A stretch of 32,000 bases of DNA, taken from positions 43,995-75,994 of the forward strand of contig NZ_JAYKGW010000128.1 in NCBI RefSeq assembly GCF_035285525.1. Direction: 5' to 3'. Positions 9,101 to 16,808 of this stretch are shown in pieces. The notes under the pieces were generated by a model. It was not told where the DNA came from. It searched no databases and saw nothing but the letters and a program-made list of their open reading frames with translations. The position numbers were made by a program, and so were the translations under genes. Source of the DNA: Okeania sp. (GTDB lineage Bacteria; Cyanobacteriota; Cyanobacteriia; Cyanobacteriales; Microcoleaceae). How positions within the stretch are numbered: the first letter of the stretch is position 1; each line of letters starts with the position of its first letter.

Positions 9101-9922
9101 AACCGAGACAACTTTAATAATATAATTCAAGCAGATACAAACTACAAGCTAAAGTATTTGTTGGCTCTGTTTAACTCATCTGTTTTAAATCATTGGTATA
9201 GAAATCGATTTGACAACGTTAATATTAACCCCAAAACCTTCCGTCAACTTCCTATTTATCCTGCTGATACTGAAACTCAAGCCGAGTTAGTCGAAAAAGT
9301 AGACCGCATTCTGAAAAAAAATCAAGAAATCAATAAATTTCGAGAACAAGGCTACGTTATTCGCAAACAAAGAGATGGTAATATCCAAATCGAAATTCCC
9401 TACGATCGCCTTCTAAGTGAAATCCAAGAAAATAATCCCAATTTTTCTACTCTAACTTTGTTTGATGCTAAAGCCGTCGGGTTATTTACTATTCCCGAAC
9501 GCTGCGATTTGCGAGTCACAATCAGCAAGAATGTTTCTACTCCCACTCGCTATCCTACCAGCATTGTATTGCGTCATAATAAACTTTGGCTTGTAGCTGA
9601 CAACGATAAAATTAGACGTTATCTACTCAGTTACTTAAAACTTCCTCAGTGGCAGGGTAAAACCTGGAACGAAATTAAAGATCAGGCAACCTTACCAGGA
9701 GAAACTCAAGAGCTAGATACTTTCTTTGCTACCGAGGAAAAACGACGTACAGAAATTCAAACTCTTCTCAATGAAGTCGTCCAAATAGATGCAGAAATTG
9801 ATGACAAAGTGCTAGATTTGTATAGTATTACCGAACCTATAGATCGCGAGCGTATTCTTAGAAGTGCGCCAATATCGGCAGAGGATGAAACCAATATCAC
9901 CCAAGACTCAGAAGAAGAATGA
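6125..9922 (+). CDS. Single-polypeptide type IIG-like restriction-modification enzyme (MmeI/Eco57I-like): N-terminal PD-(D/E)xK nuclease, long helical spacer, gamma-class N6-adenine DNA methyltransferase, TaqI_C-like specificity region, plus about 200 aa of extra C-terminus
   Basis: The nuclease motif is RPDF (D78, nt 6356-6358) ... VVENK (E93/K95, nt 6401-6409), with TNGKQL. The MTase motifs are GQYYTPPEIV, IDPACGSGSFLV (motif I) and IVGNPPYG (motif IV, NPPY at nt 8240-8251). The specificity-domain signature is LLALFNSSVLNHWY, and the C-terminal end is IDDKVLDLYSITE. Confidence 0.85.
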   Translation: MTHPKSFDKFLSALLGIFTQRSFSGMDFLSYLNRSDDERSGDEASIVDTAIVSPLLGLLGFEPAERIYNQQHLGDRPDFAPRDAVYGTCFVVENKSTSISLTFDLNDPDSHLSQLRSYMRVRGVTLGWLTNGKQLTVWGFYNWARPQNLINIDLKNVIQDWHRRGVSTLSETTEQKLHDLFDLFQKEAFTSLKRLEAELALDEEEWQRQALPLGNGSGNEPVLVEALRSLVLELQRNARRLLTEQLARYAEYQDRANRITDNAVATAIQEIQWLREKVLTRLQQNQSLVDLSDRDFAAIEEICKRLEQDARAYISPKEVFAEILAILNEGFNRKHQNKAKPPKPPSTLSAGYQPLNDALKPYVEKVFAWHQRQANLRQDYQAEIRVHDDYMVWTALVEETMLGGLEESQRQDEFALQAAYVVFIRLLLLRVCEDKGVFPHRFVSDGGVKRWQENIERYWVFATGNPYSPLLDMAYKNAQNIYAHFFTGRDLFNWFVLEQRELVITLHQLSRFNFSGVDSDIVGTVYSTYVDRKEKKEKGQYYTPPEIVNYILDEVGYQTGSGIIGANKRLIDPACGSGSFLVAAAKRLVESYKGNTEEIEDPASVLDRVQNNLYGFDLNPFACYLAEVNLLIQVLDLVKLANDRGQPTRIERFNIFNVDALARPTGSYRSLMFNTLIARESDRADQIKSRSPNTPYANGFAFIVGNPPYGPSLSDEYKNVLKSDYADVFFGQPDTYVFFFQLGIELLGNQGKLGFITPNTYLMGKNTAALRKILLEAGRIEQIVDLPQGIWKDASVDCVLLFLTQESNEEQRQTQQPQINLLGVRDTFDKLTTRSWSKTVKQQQYRWLENSTNQIDIRYDALIQKIEDACLIQVKGNGAPQKVLRLGDVTESTQGIIVYKTKAEGQANVYIKDRTNVGYNETDWHPLLETTGFLGRYELRWGEKQPYLKYGHWLCRYRERKYFDSPKILLVRLRNKALKRRLVATFDDTGFYNRDNFNNIIQADTNYKLKYLLALFNSSVLNHWYRNRFDNVNINPKTFRQLPIYPADTETQAELVEKVDRILKKNQEINKFREQGYVIRKQRDGNIQIEIPYDRLLSEIQENNPNFSTLTLFDAKAVGLFTIPERCDLRVTISKNVSTPTRYPTSIVLRHNKLWLVADNDKIRRYLLSYLKLPQWQGKTWNEIKDQATLPGETQELDTFFATEEKRRTEIQTLLNEVVQIDAEIDDKVLDLYSITEPIDRERILRSAPISAEDETNITQDSEEE

Positions 9923-9942
9923 GAAAAAATGTAGCGATCGCC

Positions 9943-10002
9943 GTAGATCGCATTTTGGCAAAAAATCAAGAAATCAATAAGTTTCGAGAACAGGGTTACG
10001 TT
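9943..10002 (+). repeat. 60-nt diverged copy (about 53/60) of internal gene segment 9299-9358 of the type IIG gene, located 20 nt past its stop
   Basis: gtagatcgcattttggcaaaaaatcaagaaatcaataagtttcgagaacagggttacgtt aligns with gtagaccgcattctgaaaaaaaatcaagaaatcaataaatttcgagaacaaggctacgtt. The copy reads VDRILAKNQEINKFREQGYVP* in frame. Confidence 0.85.
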
Positions 10003-10020
10003 CCTTGAATCAGTTTAGGA

Positions 10021-10219
10021 CTACACAAAGAAACCGGGTTTCTGGGTTCCCCTGGTTTGGCTCCCCCCTTTCCAGATACATCTTTTGGTTGGCTTTCCTT
10101 TCGTCAACCCAACCTACAAACTTTTGAACTACCCAAAGAAACCCGGTTTGGCTCCCCCTTTTCCAGATACATCTTTTGGTTGGCTTTCCTTTCGTCAACC
10201 CAACCTACAAACTTTTAAA
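10021..10219. repeat. Tandem duplication (units of about 108 and about 91 nt) containing a GGTTGG...CCAACC hairpin motif, upstream of glgX
   Basis: ggctccccc(c)ttt(t)ccagatacatcttttggttggctttcctttcgtcaacccaacctacaaactttt occurs twice, with units starting at 10021 and 10129. Confidence 0.85.
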
Positions 10220-10295
10220 TTCCGTGAATCGGACATGATATAAGTTATAACTACAACAATAGTCCTCTAATTTTGAAAAGTTCTCCGTTTATATT

Positions 10296-12419
10296 ATGTA
10301 TGTACCCCTTTGGCCTGGAAAACCATATCCCCTAGGAGCTTCTTGGGATGGTAAAGGCACTAATTTCGCTATATTCTCTGAAAATGCTACGAACGTAGAA
10401 CTTTGCCTATTTGACAAGGAAAACCAAGAAACACGACTCACCCTCACAGAAGTAAGTAACTTTGTCTGGCATGGCTATCTACCAAGTATTAGTCCAGGTC
10501 AGAAATATGGATTTCGAGTACATGGTCCCTACGAACCATCCGAAGGACATCGTTTTAACCCCAATAAATTACTCATTGACCCTTACGCTAAAGCAATAGA
10601 TGGAGATATACTTTATGGTCAAGAAATATTTGCCTATTCTTGGGATCATCCAGAAAAAGATTTAGTCTGCACCCTAGATGATGATGCTCATCTCATGCCA
10701 AAATCTGTGGTAGTTGATGAAAGTTTTGATTGGGAAAATGACCAATTATTAAATATTCCTAACCACGAAACCATAATTTATGAAATTCATCTCAGAGGGT
10801 TTACTAAACTACATCCAGACATTCCCGAAAATCTCAGGGGAACTTATGCTGGGTTAGCACATCCGAGTGCGATCGCCTATTTCCAATCTCTAGGTATCAC
10901 GACAGTAGAGTTAATGCCAGTACATCATTTTCTCCGATACCCAGGACATTTAGTTGACAAGGAATTATCAAATTATTGGGGTTATGACTCGATTAATTAT
11001 TTTGCCCCTTACAGTGGTTATTCTTCTAGTGGTAAAGCAGGGGAGCAAGTTCGAGAATTTAAACAAATGGTTAAAGCATTGCACAATGCTGGTATTGAGG
11101 TGATATTGGATGTGGTCTACAACCATACTGGAGAAGGTAATCATCTGGGTCCGACTTTATCTTTTAAAGGTATTGATAATGCTGCTTATTATCGCTTAGT
11201 AGAAGATGAACCCCGCTACTATATGGATTTTACTGGTTGTGGAAATTCTCTCAATGTTCGTCACCCCCAAGTATTGAAGTTAATTATGGATAGTTTGCGT
11301 TATTGGGTGACAGAAATGCACGTTGATGGTTTTCGATTTGATTTAGCTTCAGCTTTGGCGCGGGAATTATATGAAGTAGATAGTTTGGCAGCTTTTTTTG
11401 ATATTGTGCATCAAGACCCTGTTATTTCTAATGTAAAGTTAATTGCTGAACCTTGGGATGTGGGAGAAGGTGGTTATCAAGTTGGTAATTTTCCTTTATT
11501 ATGGTCAGAATGGAATGGTAAATATCGAGATATAGTTAGAGATTTTTGGCGAGGAGAAAAGGAAATATTATCTGAATTTGCTTATCGTTTTACTGGTAGT
11601 TCAGATTTATATGCTGCTAATGGTAGGTTGCCTCATGCAAGTATTAATTTTGTCACTGCTCATGATGGTTTTACTTTGAATGATTTAGTTAGTTATGACG
11701 AAAAACATAATGAAGCAAATGGGGAGGATAATAATGATGGAGAAGAATATAATCGTTCTTGGAATTGTGGAGAGGAAGGAGAAATTGATGATCCTGATAT
11801 ATTAAGTTTAAGAAATCGTCAAAGACGTAATTTTTTAGTTACTTTAATGTTATCTCAGGGTATACCTATGTTATTAGGTGGAGATGAATTTGGCAGGACG
11901 CAAAAAGGTAATAATAATGCTTATTGTCAGGATAATGAAATTTCTTGGTTGGATTGGAATTTGCCAGTAGAAAATGCAGATTTATTAGATTTTACTCGAC
12001 AGTTAATTTATTTCCGTTGTCAACATCCAGTATTTCATCGACGTAAGTGGTTTCAAGGTCGGGCAATTCATGGTTCAACTGTGAGTGATATAGGTTGGTA
12101 TAATCCTAATGGTCAAGAAATGACTGAGGAACAGTGGAATATTGATTTTGCTAAAGCTGTGGGTGTATTTTTAAATGGGGAAGAAATTCCGGCTAGTGGT
12201 GACCGTGGGGAAAGGATTTTTGATGATAGTTTTCTAATATTTTTTAATGCTCATTATGAGTTGATAGAGTTTACAATTTCTCCTAAATTCCAAGATAGAA
12301 ATTGGGTGGTTATTGTTGATACGAATAAGTCTCATTTTGTCGAAAATGGTAAGCATTATCAAGGTGAAATTCCGATTCCGGTGATGGAACGTTCAATTGT
12401 TGTTTTGAAGCGTTTTTAA
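10296..12419 (+). CDS. glgX: Glycogen debranching enzyme (isoamylase-type GH13)
   Basis: 707 aa. The N-terminus is [24 protein letters not shown]13 motifs present: [33 protein letters not shown]. Confidence 0.93.
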   Translation: MYVPLWPGKPYPLGASWDGKGTNFAIFSENATNVELCLFDKENQETRLTLTEVSNFVWHGYLPSISPGQKYGFRVHGPYEPSEGHRFNPNKLLIDPYAKAIDGDILYGQEIFAYSWDHPEKDLVCTLDDDAHLMPKSVVVDESFDWENDQLLNIPNHETIIYEIHLRGFTKLHPDIPENLRGTYAGLAHPSAIAYFQSLGITTVELMPVHHFLRYPGHLVDKELSNYWGYDSINYFAPYSGYSSSGKAGEQVREFKQMVKALHNAGIEVILDVVYNHTGEGNHLGPTLSFKGIDNAAYYRLVEDEPRYYMDFTGCGNSLNVRHPQVLKLIMDSLRYWVTEMHVDGFRFDLASALARELYEVDSLAAFFDIVHQDPVISNVKLIAEPWDVGEGGYQVGNFPLLWSEWNGKYRDIVRDFWRGEKEILSEFAYRFTGSSDLYAANGRLPHASINFVTAHDGFTLNDLVSYDEKHNEANGEDNNDGEEYNRSWNCGEEGEIDDPDILSLRNRQRRNFLVTLMLSQGIPMLLGGDEFGRTQKGNNNAYCQDNEISWLDWNLPVENADLLDFTRQLIYFRCQHPVFHRRKWFQGRAIHGSTVSDIGWYNPNGQEMTEEQWNIDFAKAVGVFLNGEEIPASGDRGERIFDDSFLIFFNAHYELIEFTISPKFQDRNWVVIVDTNKSHFVENGKHYQGEIPIPVMERSIVVLKRF

Positions 12420-12572
12420 ACAATTAATAATTAAGTAATGCTGGTATAGAAATCAGACATCATTCGTGAGAAAAAAATTGTAGGGGTTTGGTCTCCAAAA
12501 CCCTTTAAATTTGGGTTGGTAAACCAAACCTCTAGGCTCAAATCTTACAACATTTACCAAAATTCAATCAGC

Positions 12573-12783
12573 ATGAAAATATATCAATTAGTTATTGATA
12601 CTAACATGATTTGATCAGGATTGCGTTCAAAAAATGGAGTATCCTACTAAACTTTTAAACCTACTCAACGATTGACAAATAAAAATCAATATTTCAACAA
12701 CATTAATACTAGAATATGAACAAATCTTAAAACGATAACATCAACAATTAAAATTAAGTTTAGAAGATATTAATAATGTAATT
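12573..12783 (+). pseudogene. Decayed PIN-family toxin gene (in-frame stops and a frameshift), truncated at its 3' end by a family D repeat
   Basis: Frame 1 reads MKIYQLVIDTNMI*SGLRSKNGVSY*. A shifted frame reads LLND*QIKINISTTLILEYEQILKR*HQQLKLSLEDINNVI. Together these resemble the PIN toxin pattern QLVIDTNVLISGLRS...ILEYEQIL (from memory). Confidence 0.6.
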
Positions 12784-13167
12784 AGGGTTTGCGTATGGAA
12801 AGTATGAGTGGTAGGGGGAGAATTCTCAATTCTGAATCCAGGAGAAATGGCAATTACAGAATCGGTAGTCAGAATAATTATCCCTGATTTCCTCATTAGG
12901 ACTTACGCACGAACGCTATTGGTAGGGTGCGTTTTGCGTTCCGCAAAGCTCCGCTTTATATGTCGGCTCAAGCGCCGAAACGCTACGCGACATATAAACC
13001 GCGCAACGCACAACGCACCAATACTCTATATATAGTGCCTTTGCATAAGTCCTGTTTATTCTCCAAAGCCAACGGATTTGATATTAGTCTTCTTTTGGTC
13101 GAAAAAAGCGCGCCTTCTTCTATTCTTCATCCTCAAAAAGTTAGGATTTTGAATAGACAAGCACTAA
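12782..13167. mobile_element. Family D MITE-like element carrying a nested family A MITE
   Basis: The left end ttagggtttgcgtatggaaagt is near-identical to 19775-19796. The right end is gattttgaatagacaagcactaa. Confidence 0.55.
12898..13053. mobile_element. Family A MITE (TIR AGGACTTACGCA ... TGCATAAGTCCT), long variant
   Basis: Terminal inverted repeats read directly. The internal block gcgttccgcaaagctccgctttatatgtcg is shared with 3066-3095. Confidence 0.7.
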
Positions 13168-13229
13168 AAAACTAAGGTAAAATTATTCCTCCCACCCTCT
13201 ACTTTTTTCAGTAAACTCTAACTATTAAC

Positions 13230-13463
13230 TAGGGATTGCTGAATAAAGTCTGATAGTTAAGGTAGGGAATAGTTAACAGTCAGTAGGAATAGGAGTTATA
13301 GAGGAATTACTTGAAAAAATTGCCTCTTAATTTTTCTACTCTTGTGTGAGCTTTTTGTGCTATCTTTTTTAACCTTTTTGATCTAAAAGCTGGTACTTTT
13401 TCCCAACAAACAAGTTACTGTTTTATCTGTCAATGATTTTATATTTCCATACCCAAGCCCTAA
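13230..13463. mobile_element. Family D MITE-like element abutting or overlapping the stop codon of the 13460-14593 CDS
   Basis: tagggattgctgaataaag ... cctaaaagctggtacttt ... acccaagccctaa. The stop codon of the CDS (complement of 13460-13462) lies inside the terminal agccctaa. Confidence 0.55.
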
Positions 13464-14593
13464 CTATTTAACCTGACAACTGTACTATAATCATTCTGGA
13501 CTTTCTTTTCATAATTCTTCCTCGCTTCTGACTCTTTATCTCCATAGAAAAAATTCAAAAGGGCAAACCTGAAATGAGATGTTACTGGAGTAGCTTCGTG
13601 CATCAAAGAACAAGAAAAAATCACCGCACTACCAGTATCAGGTTTATAGAAATGAGGTCCGTATTCTGGAAACTTTAAAAACCCTCCCTCATATTCCCCT
13701 GCATTCAAGTTTAATGTCATTGCAAATATTCGATGTTTCGTTCCTGGTGTAGTATTATCTCGATGAGCATTAAAAAAACCACCAAGATTGCCATCATAAC
13801 AAGCTATTTTATACCTTTCTTGTCTTGTAACATCAAAATTAAAAGCCTTTTTAATCTCTGGAAATACTCTTAAATTCATTATTTTATTTAAACTGTCAAT
13901 AGTTTCCTCATCTCTTACAAAATGGTCTTTTCTAATCTTACGAGTGTGGTCAATATATCCTATAGTTTTCTCACCTTTTTGACGCATATAACCTGATTCT
14001 TTATTACCTTTTGTCTGCCAAATATCAATCAAATAATTACAATATTCTAGAGAAAAAACGTTGGGGATTAACAGTACCGGAGCCTGCATTTGAATATGTC
14101 GCGGTTCTTCTTTAGGTAGTATATTTTTAATATCTTTTAAGATGGCTTCTATACTACTTGATAAATACTTGAGATGATAAATGTTAACTATTCTGTGGTT
14201 AGGATCAAGCAAAAAACCTGTCCGCTTATATGATATATTATCCGAATCTTTATTTCCCGGAAAACAAACACCATATTTACGACTAATTTTATGGTCATAA
14301 TCTGACAGCAATGGAAAAGGAATATTATTTTCTTCGGCAAATTTTTGATTAACTTTCGGTGAATCAGAGGTAATTATGTAAACTCGTAAATCAAATTTAT
14401 TAAAAGTAGGCATTAAGTCTCGAAATGCACAAGCTATATCTTGACAAGCAGCAATTTCATTAGAGGCATAAAAAATTATAATTGCTGGCTTTCCGGCTTC
14501 GTCTTGAGAATATAATAATTTTTCTGACTGATCTGGTAAAGCAAAATAAATAGCACGATCTCCTACACTTAATGTTGTTGTGGATGTTATCAT
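13460..14593 (-). CDS. Fusion protein: N-terminal AhpC/TSA (redoxin, thioredoxin-fold) domain plus C-terminal 2OG-Fe(II) oxygenase (prolyl-4-hydroxylase-like)
   Basis: 377 aa. The N-terminal half, PAIIIFYASNEIAACQDIACAF...FPLLSDYDHKISRKYG, has a peroxiredoxin/BCP-like layout. The C-terminal half has NAHRDN (HxD), GGFLKFPEYG, SLMHEATPV (distal His) and RFALLNFF (2OG-binding Arg). Confidence 0.7.
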   Translation of the reverse strand: MITSTTTLSVGDRAIYFALPDQSEKLLYSQDEAGKPAIIIFYASNEIAACQDIACAFRDLMPTFNKFDLRVYIITSDSPKVNQKFAEENNIPFPLLSDYDHKISRKYGVCFPGNKDSDNISYKRTGFLLDPNHRIVNIYHLKYLSSSIEAILKDIKNILPKEEPRHIQMQAPVLLIPNVFSLEYCNYLIDIWQTKGNKESGYMRQKGEKTIGYIDHTRKIRKDHFVRDEETIDSLNKIMNLRVFPEIKKAFNFDVTRQERYKIACYDGNLGGFFNAHRDNTTPGTKHRIFAMTLNLNAGEYEGGFLKFPEYGPHFYKPDTGSAVIFSCSLMHEATPVTSHFRFALLNFFYGDKESEARKNYEKKVQNDYSTVVRLNS

Positions 14594-14751
14594 TTGATCA
14601 TTGTACCTTTGTTTAGCTATTAGAATTTACGCATAGACCACATACATAGCATATAGTTTTGAAAACTATAGCGTTATAATTTTTTAACTCTTAATTTATA
14701 GAGTAAATTGGAAAAAAATATTGCTATCTGAAATAATTTGTTACAATTTAT

Positions 14752-14915
14752 CAGGACTTACCCATAATTGACCAGTTTTGGTCATTTGAGATTGCTATCC
14801 TGACGGACTGCTTCGCCAACGCTGTTGCGGAGAGTTAAGGCGGGTTTTGCTCTTCGCTTCGTTGGGGCTGCGAGTCTCGCCATGAGAGAAATGCGTTGCG
14901 CGTTCGTAAGTCCTG
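14752..14915. mobile_element. Family A MITE (TIR CAGGACTTAC ... GTAAGTCCTG), long variant
   Basis: TIRs read directly. It sits in the divergent spacer, 66 bp upstream of the 14982 start codon. Confidence 0.7.
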
Positions 14916-14942
14916 ATATACTTAGAATTTAGTCACAGTAAA

Positions 14943-14976
14943 TTCTTCTTTCTTCTTTCTTCTTTCTTCTTCTTTC
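14943..14976. repeat. Heptamer STRR (CTTCTTT-type) just upstream of the radical SAM gene
   Basis: ttcttctttcttctttcttctttcttcttctttc is read directly. The complementary purine version is at 22786-22842. Confidence 0.85.
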
Positions 14977-14981
14977 ATCAA

Positions 14982-16337
14982 ATGAGTAAAACTTCTATCA
15001 CACCTGCTTTAATAACCAAAATAATACCCGACTCGATCGCTGCCGAAATAGGTTTTGAACCTGGGGATGCGATCGCTTCTATCAACGGACAAAAACCACG
15101 AGACCTCATTGATTATCAATATTTTTGCGCTGAGGAATATCTAGAAATACAAGTCATTGATGCTAAAGGTAAAACTCACAATATTGAAATCGAAAAAGAC
15201 TATGATGAAGATTTGGGGTTAGAATTTTCTACCGCTCTTTTTGATGGTCTTATTCAATGCAATAACCGTTGTCCGTTTTGCTTTATCGACCAACAACCAC
15301 CAGGTAAACGAGATACTCTATATTTCAAAGATGATGACTATCGCCTCAGTTTCCTCTACGGTTCCTACTTAACTCTGACTAACCTCCCCCAACGAGAATG
15401 GGAAAGAATCGAAAAAATGAGACTTTCGCCTCTGTATGTTTCTGTTCATTCTACCGAACCAGAATTGCGATCGCGTCTTTTAAAGAACTCCCGTGCTGGT
15501 CAAATACTGGAACAAATTCAGTGGTTCCAAGAACGACGACTACAAATACACGCTCAAGTTGTTGTTTGTCCAGCAATTAATGATGGTATTCATCTGGAAC
15601 GCACATTATTAGATTTAGCCAAATTTTATACTGGAGAGATACCCGCAGTTGCATCAGTAGCCGTCGTACCTGTTGGGTTGACTCGTTTTCGACCTTGGGC
15701 AGATGAACTAATACCTGTCACTACTGCCAAAGCAGAAGAAGTTATAGACCAAGTGCAAGAAATTCAGGCCAAACTTAGACAAACATCTGGTACTAATTGT
15801 ATCTGGTTAGCTGACGAATGGTTTTTAATTGCCCGTCGAGAATTACCTCCCGCTTCAGAATATGAAGATTACCCTCAAATTGGCAATGGTGTCGGTTCCA
15901 TTCGCCAGTTTATATCACAATTTGAAACTTATGTCAAAGATTTTTTAGAATCAGACATTTGCTTAAGCACCCCAAGAAAATTAACGTGGGTAGTAGGGAA
16001 TGCAGTTGAGAAAGCCTTTGTAGCGATCGCCAATCAACTGAATCAAATTCCCGGATTAGAAGTAAATATGGTAGCTTTATGTAGCAATTATTGGGGACAA
16101 GAAATTACTGTAACTGGACTATTAACAGGCCAAGACTTGTTAGAAGGTTTGCAGGGACGAGATTTAGGTGAAGGCATTTTGCTACCTTCAGTCATGCTCA
16201 AACAGGGAGATAATCTATTTTTGGATGACATGACCCTAGAAGAATTAGCAGACCAACTCCAGACAACTATTTGGCCAGTCGCCGGAGTGGAGGAGCTGAT
16301 ATTGACTGCTGTGGGCAATAGTCAATTAAACTATTAG
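14982..16337 (+). CDS. PDZ domain / radical SAM / DUF512 protein (cyanobacterial FeS oxidoreductase family)
   Basis: 451 aa. The N-terminal PDZ-like segment is IAAEIGFEPGDAIASINGQ and the CxxxCxxC cluster is CNNRCPFCF. The overall layout matches the conserved cyanobacterial DUF512 family (from memory). Confidence 0.8.
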   Translation: MSKTSITPALITKIIPDSIAAEIGFEPGDAIASINGQKPRDLIDYQYFCAEEYLEIQVIDAKGKTHNIEIEKDYDEDLGLEFSTALFDGLIQCNNRCPFCFIDQQPPGKRDTLYFKDDDYRLSFLYGSYLTLTNLPQREWERIEKMRLSPLYVSVHSTEPELRSRLLKNSRAGQILEQIQWFQERRLQIHAQVVVCPAINDGIHLERTLLDLAKFYTGEIPAVASVAVVPVGLTRFRPWADELIPVTTAKAEEVIDQVQEIQAKLRQTSGTNCIWLADEWFLIARRELPPASEYEDYPQIGNGVGSIRQFISQFETYVKDFLESDICLSTPRKLTWVVGNAVEKAFVAIANQLNQIPGLEVNMVALCSNYWGQEITVTGLLTGQDLLEGLQGRDLGEGILLPSVMLKQGDNLFLDDMTLEELADQLQTTIWPVAGVEELILTAVGNSQLNY

Positions 16338-16682
16338 AATTTAAGATTAGCAAAAGTACAGCAGATTTCGACCAAATGATGTACTGAACCCCTAAACGGG
16401 TCTCTAAAATTAGTTGGGAGATGGAGAGATGGGGGGATGGGGAGATGGGTGGATAGTGAATATAAAGATCTAATTCTAGCTTTTTCCCTATTTCCCCTCC
16501 AGGGAGGGGTTAGGGGTGGGTTGACTCCTGACTAAAAAAAAACACACCTTTCTTTGTAAAGATAAGGTTAGGGGTTCTATAGGGTAAATGGTAAAAATCT
16601 TGTAGTGCGGGAATCTTGCCCACGATAGGTCTACCTGATAGAGTTGCAAAGTGCTGTATTAAGCCATTAATTGAAAATATCT

Positions 16683-16773
16683 CAGGACTTACGCAGCTAC
16701 CCTAGATATAGTGCTTAAAACTATTGCGCAATAGTTTTTTAACTCTACATATAGTACCTTTGCGTAAGTCCTG
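16683..16773. mobile_element. Family A MITE, short 91-bp variant (CAGGACTTACGC ... GCGTAAGTCCTG)
   Basis: Perfect 12-bp TIR. Near-identical to the copy at 25130-25222. It ends 35 bp upstream of the TolC-family start codon. Confidence 0.8.
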
Positions 16774-16808
16774 TATCTGTTGAACTTGGAAACTAAAGAA
16801 TAAAATCC

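Noticed and set aside
3637-9922. Canonical BREX system
   Set aside because: Only an ATPase and an Eco57I-like MTase are present. No pglZ, brxL, brxA or brxB are in the window. The MTase carries an N-terminal PD-ExK nuclease motif typical of type IIG enzymes, and the ATPase is far shorter than BrxC.
6535-9969. ORFs 6535-6732, 7094-7285, 8371-8637, 8814-9044 and 9757-9969
   Set aside because: They are alternative-frame or antisense ORFs nested in the type IIG CDS, whose own frame carries all the conserved motifs.
9299-10005. Diversity-generating retroelement (template/variable repeat pair)
   Set aside because: The mismatches between the two 60-nt copies are not restricted to adenines (C/T and A/G changes both occur), and no reverse transcriptase is nearby.
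10010-10198. ORF 10010-10198 (-)
   Set aside because: It is encoded by the tandem 108/91-nt repeat, and its internally repeated sequence reflects the DNA duplication.
12808-13175. ORFs 12808-13035 and 12927-13175 (+)
   Set aside because: They lie inside the nested family D/A repeats and share the CAFRKAPLYMS-type peptide with the spurious ORF at 3053, so they are repeat-derived.
15398-16318. ORFs 15398-15580 (+) and 16088-16318 (-)
   Set aside because: They are nested in the radical SAM/DUF512 CDS.
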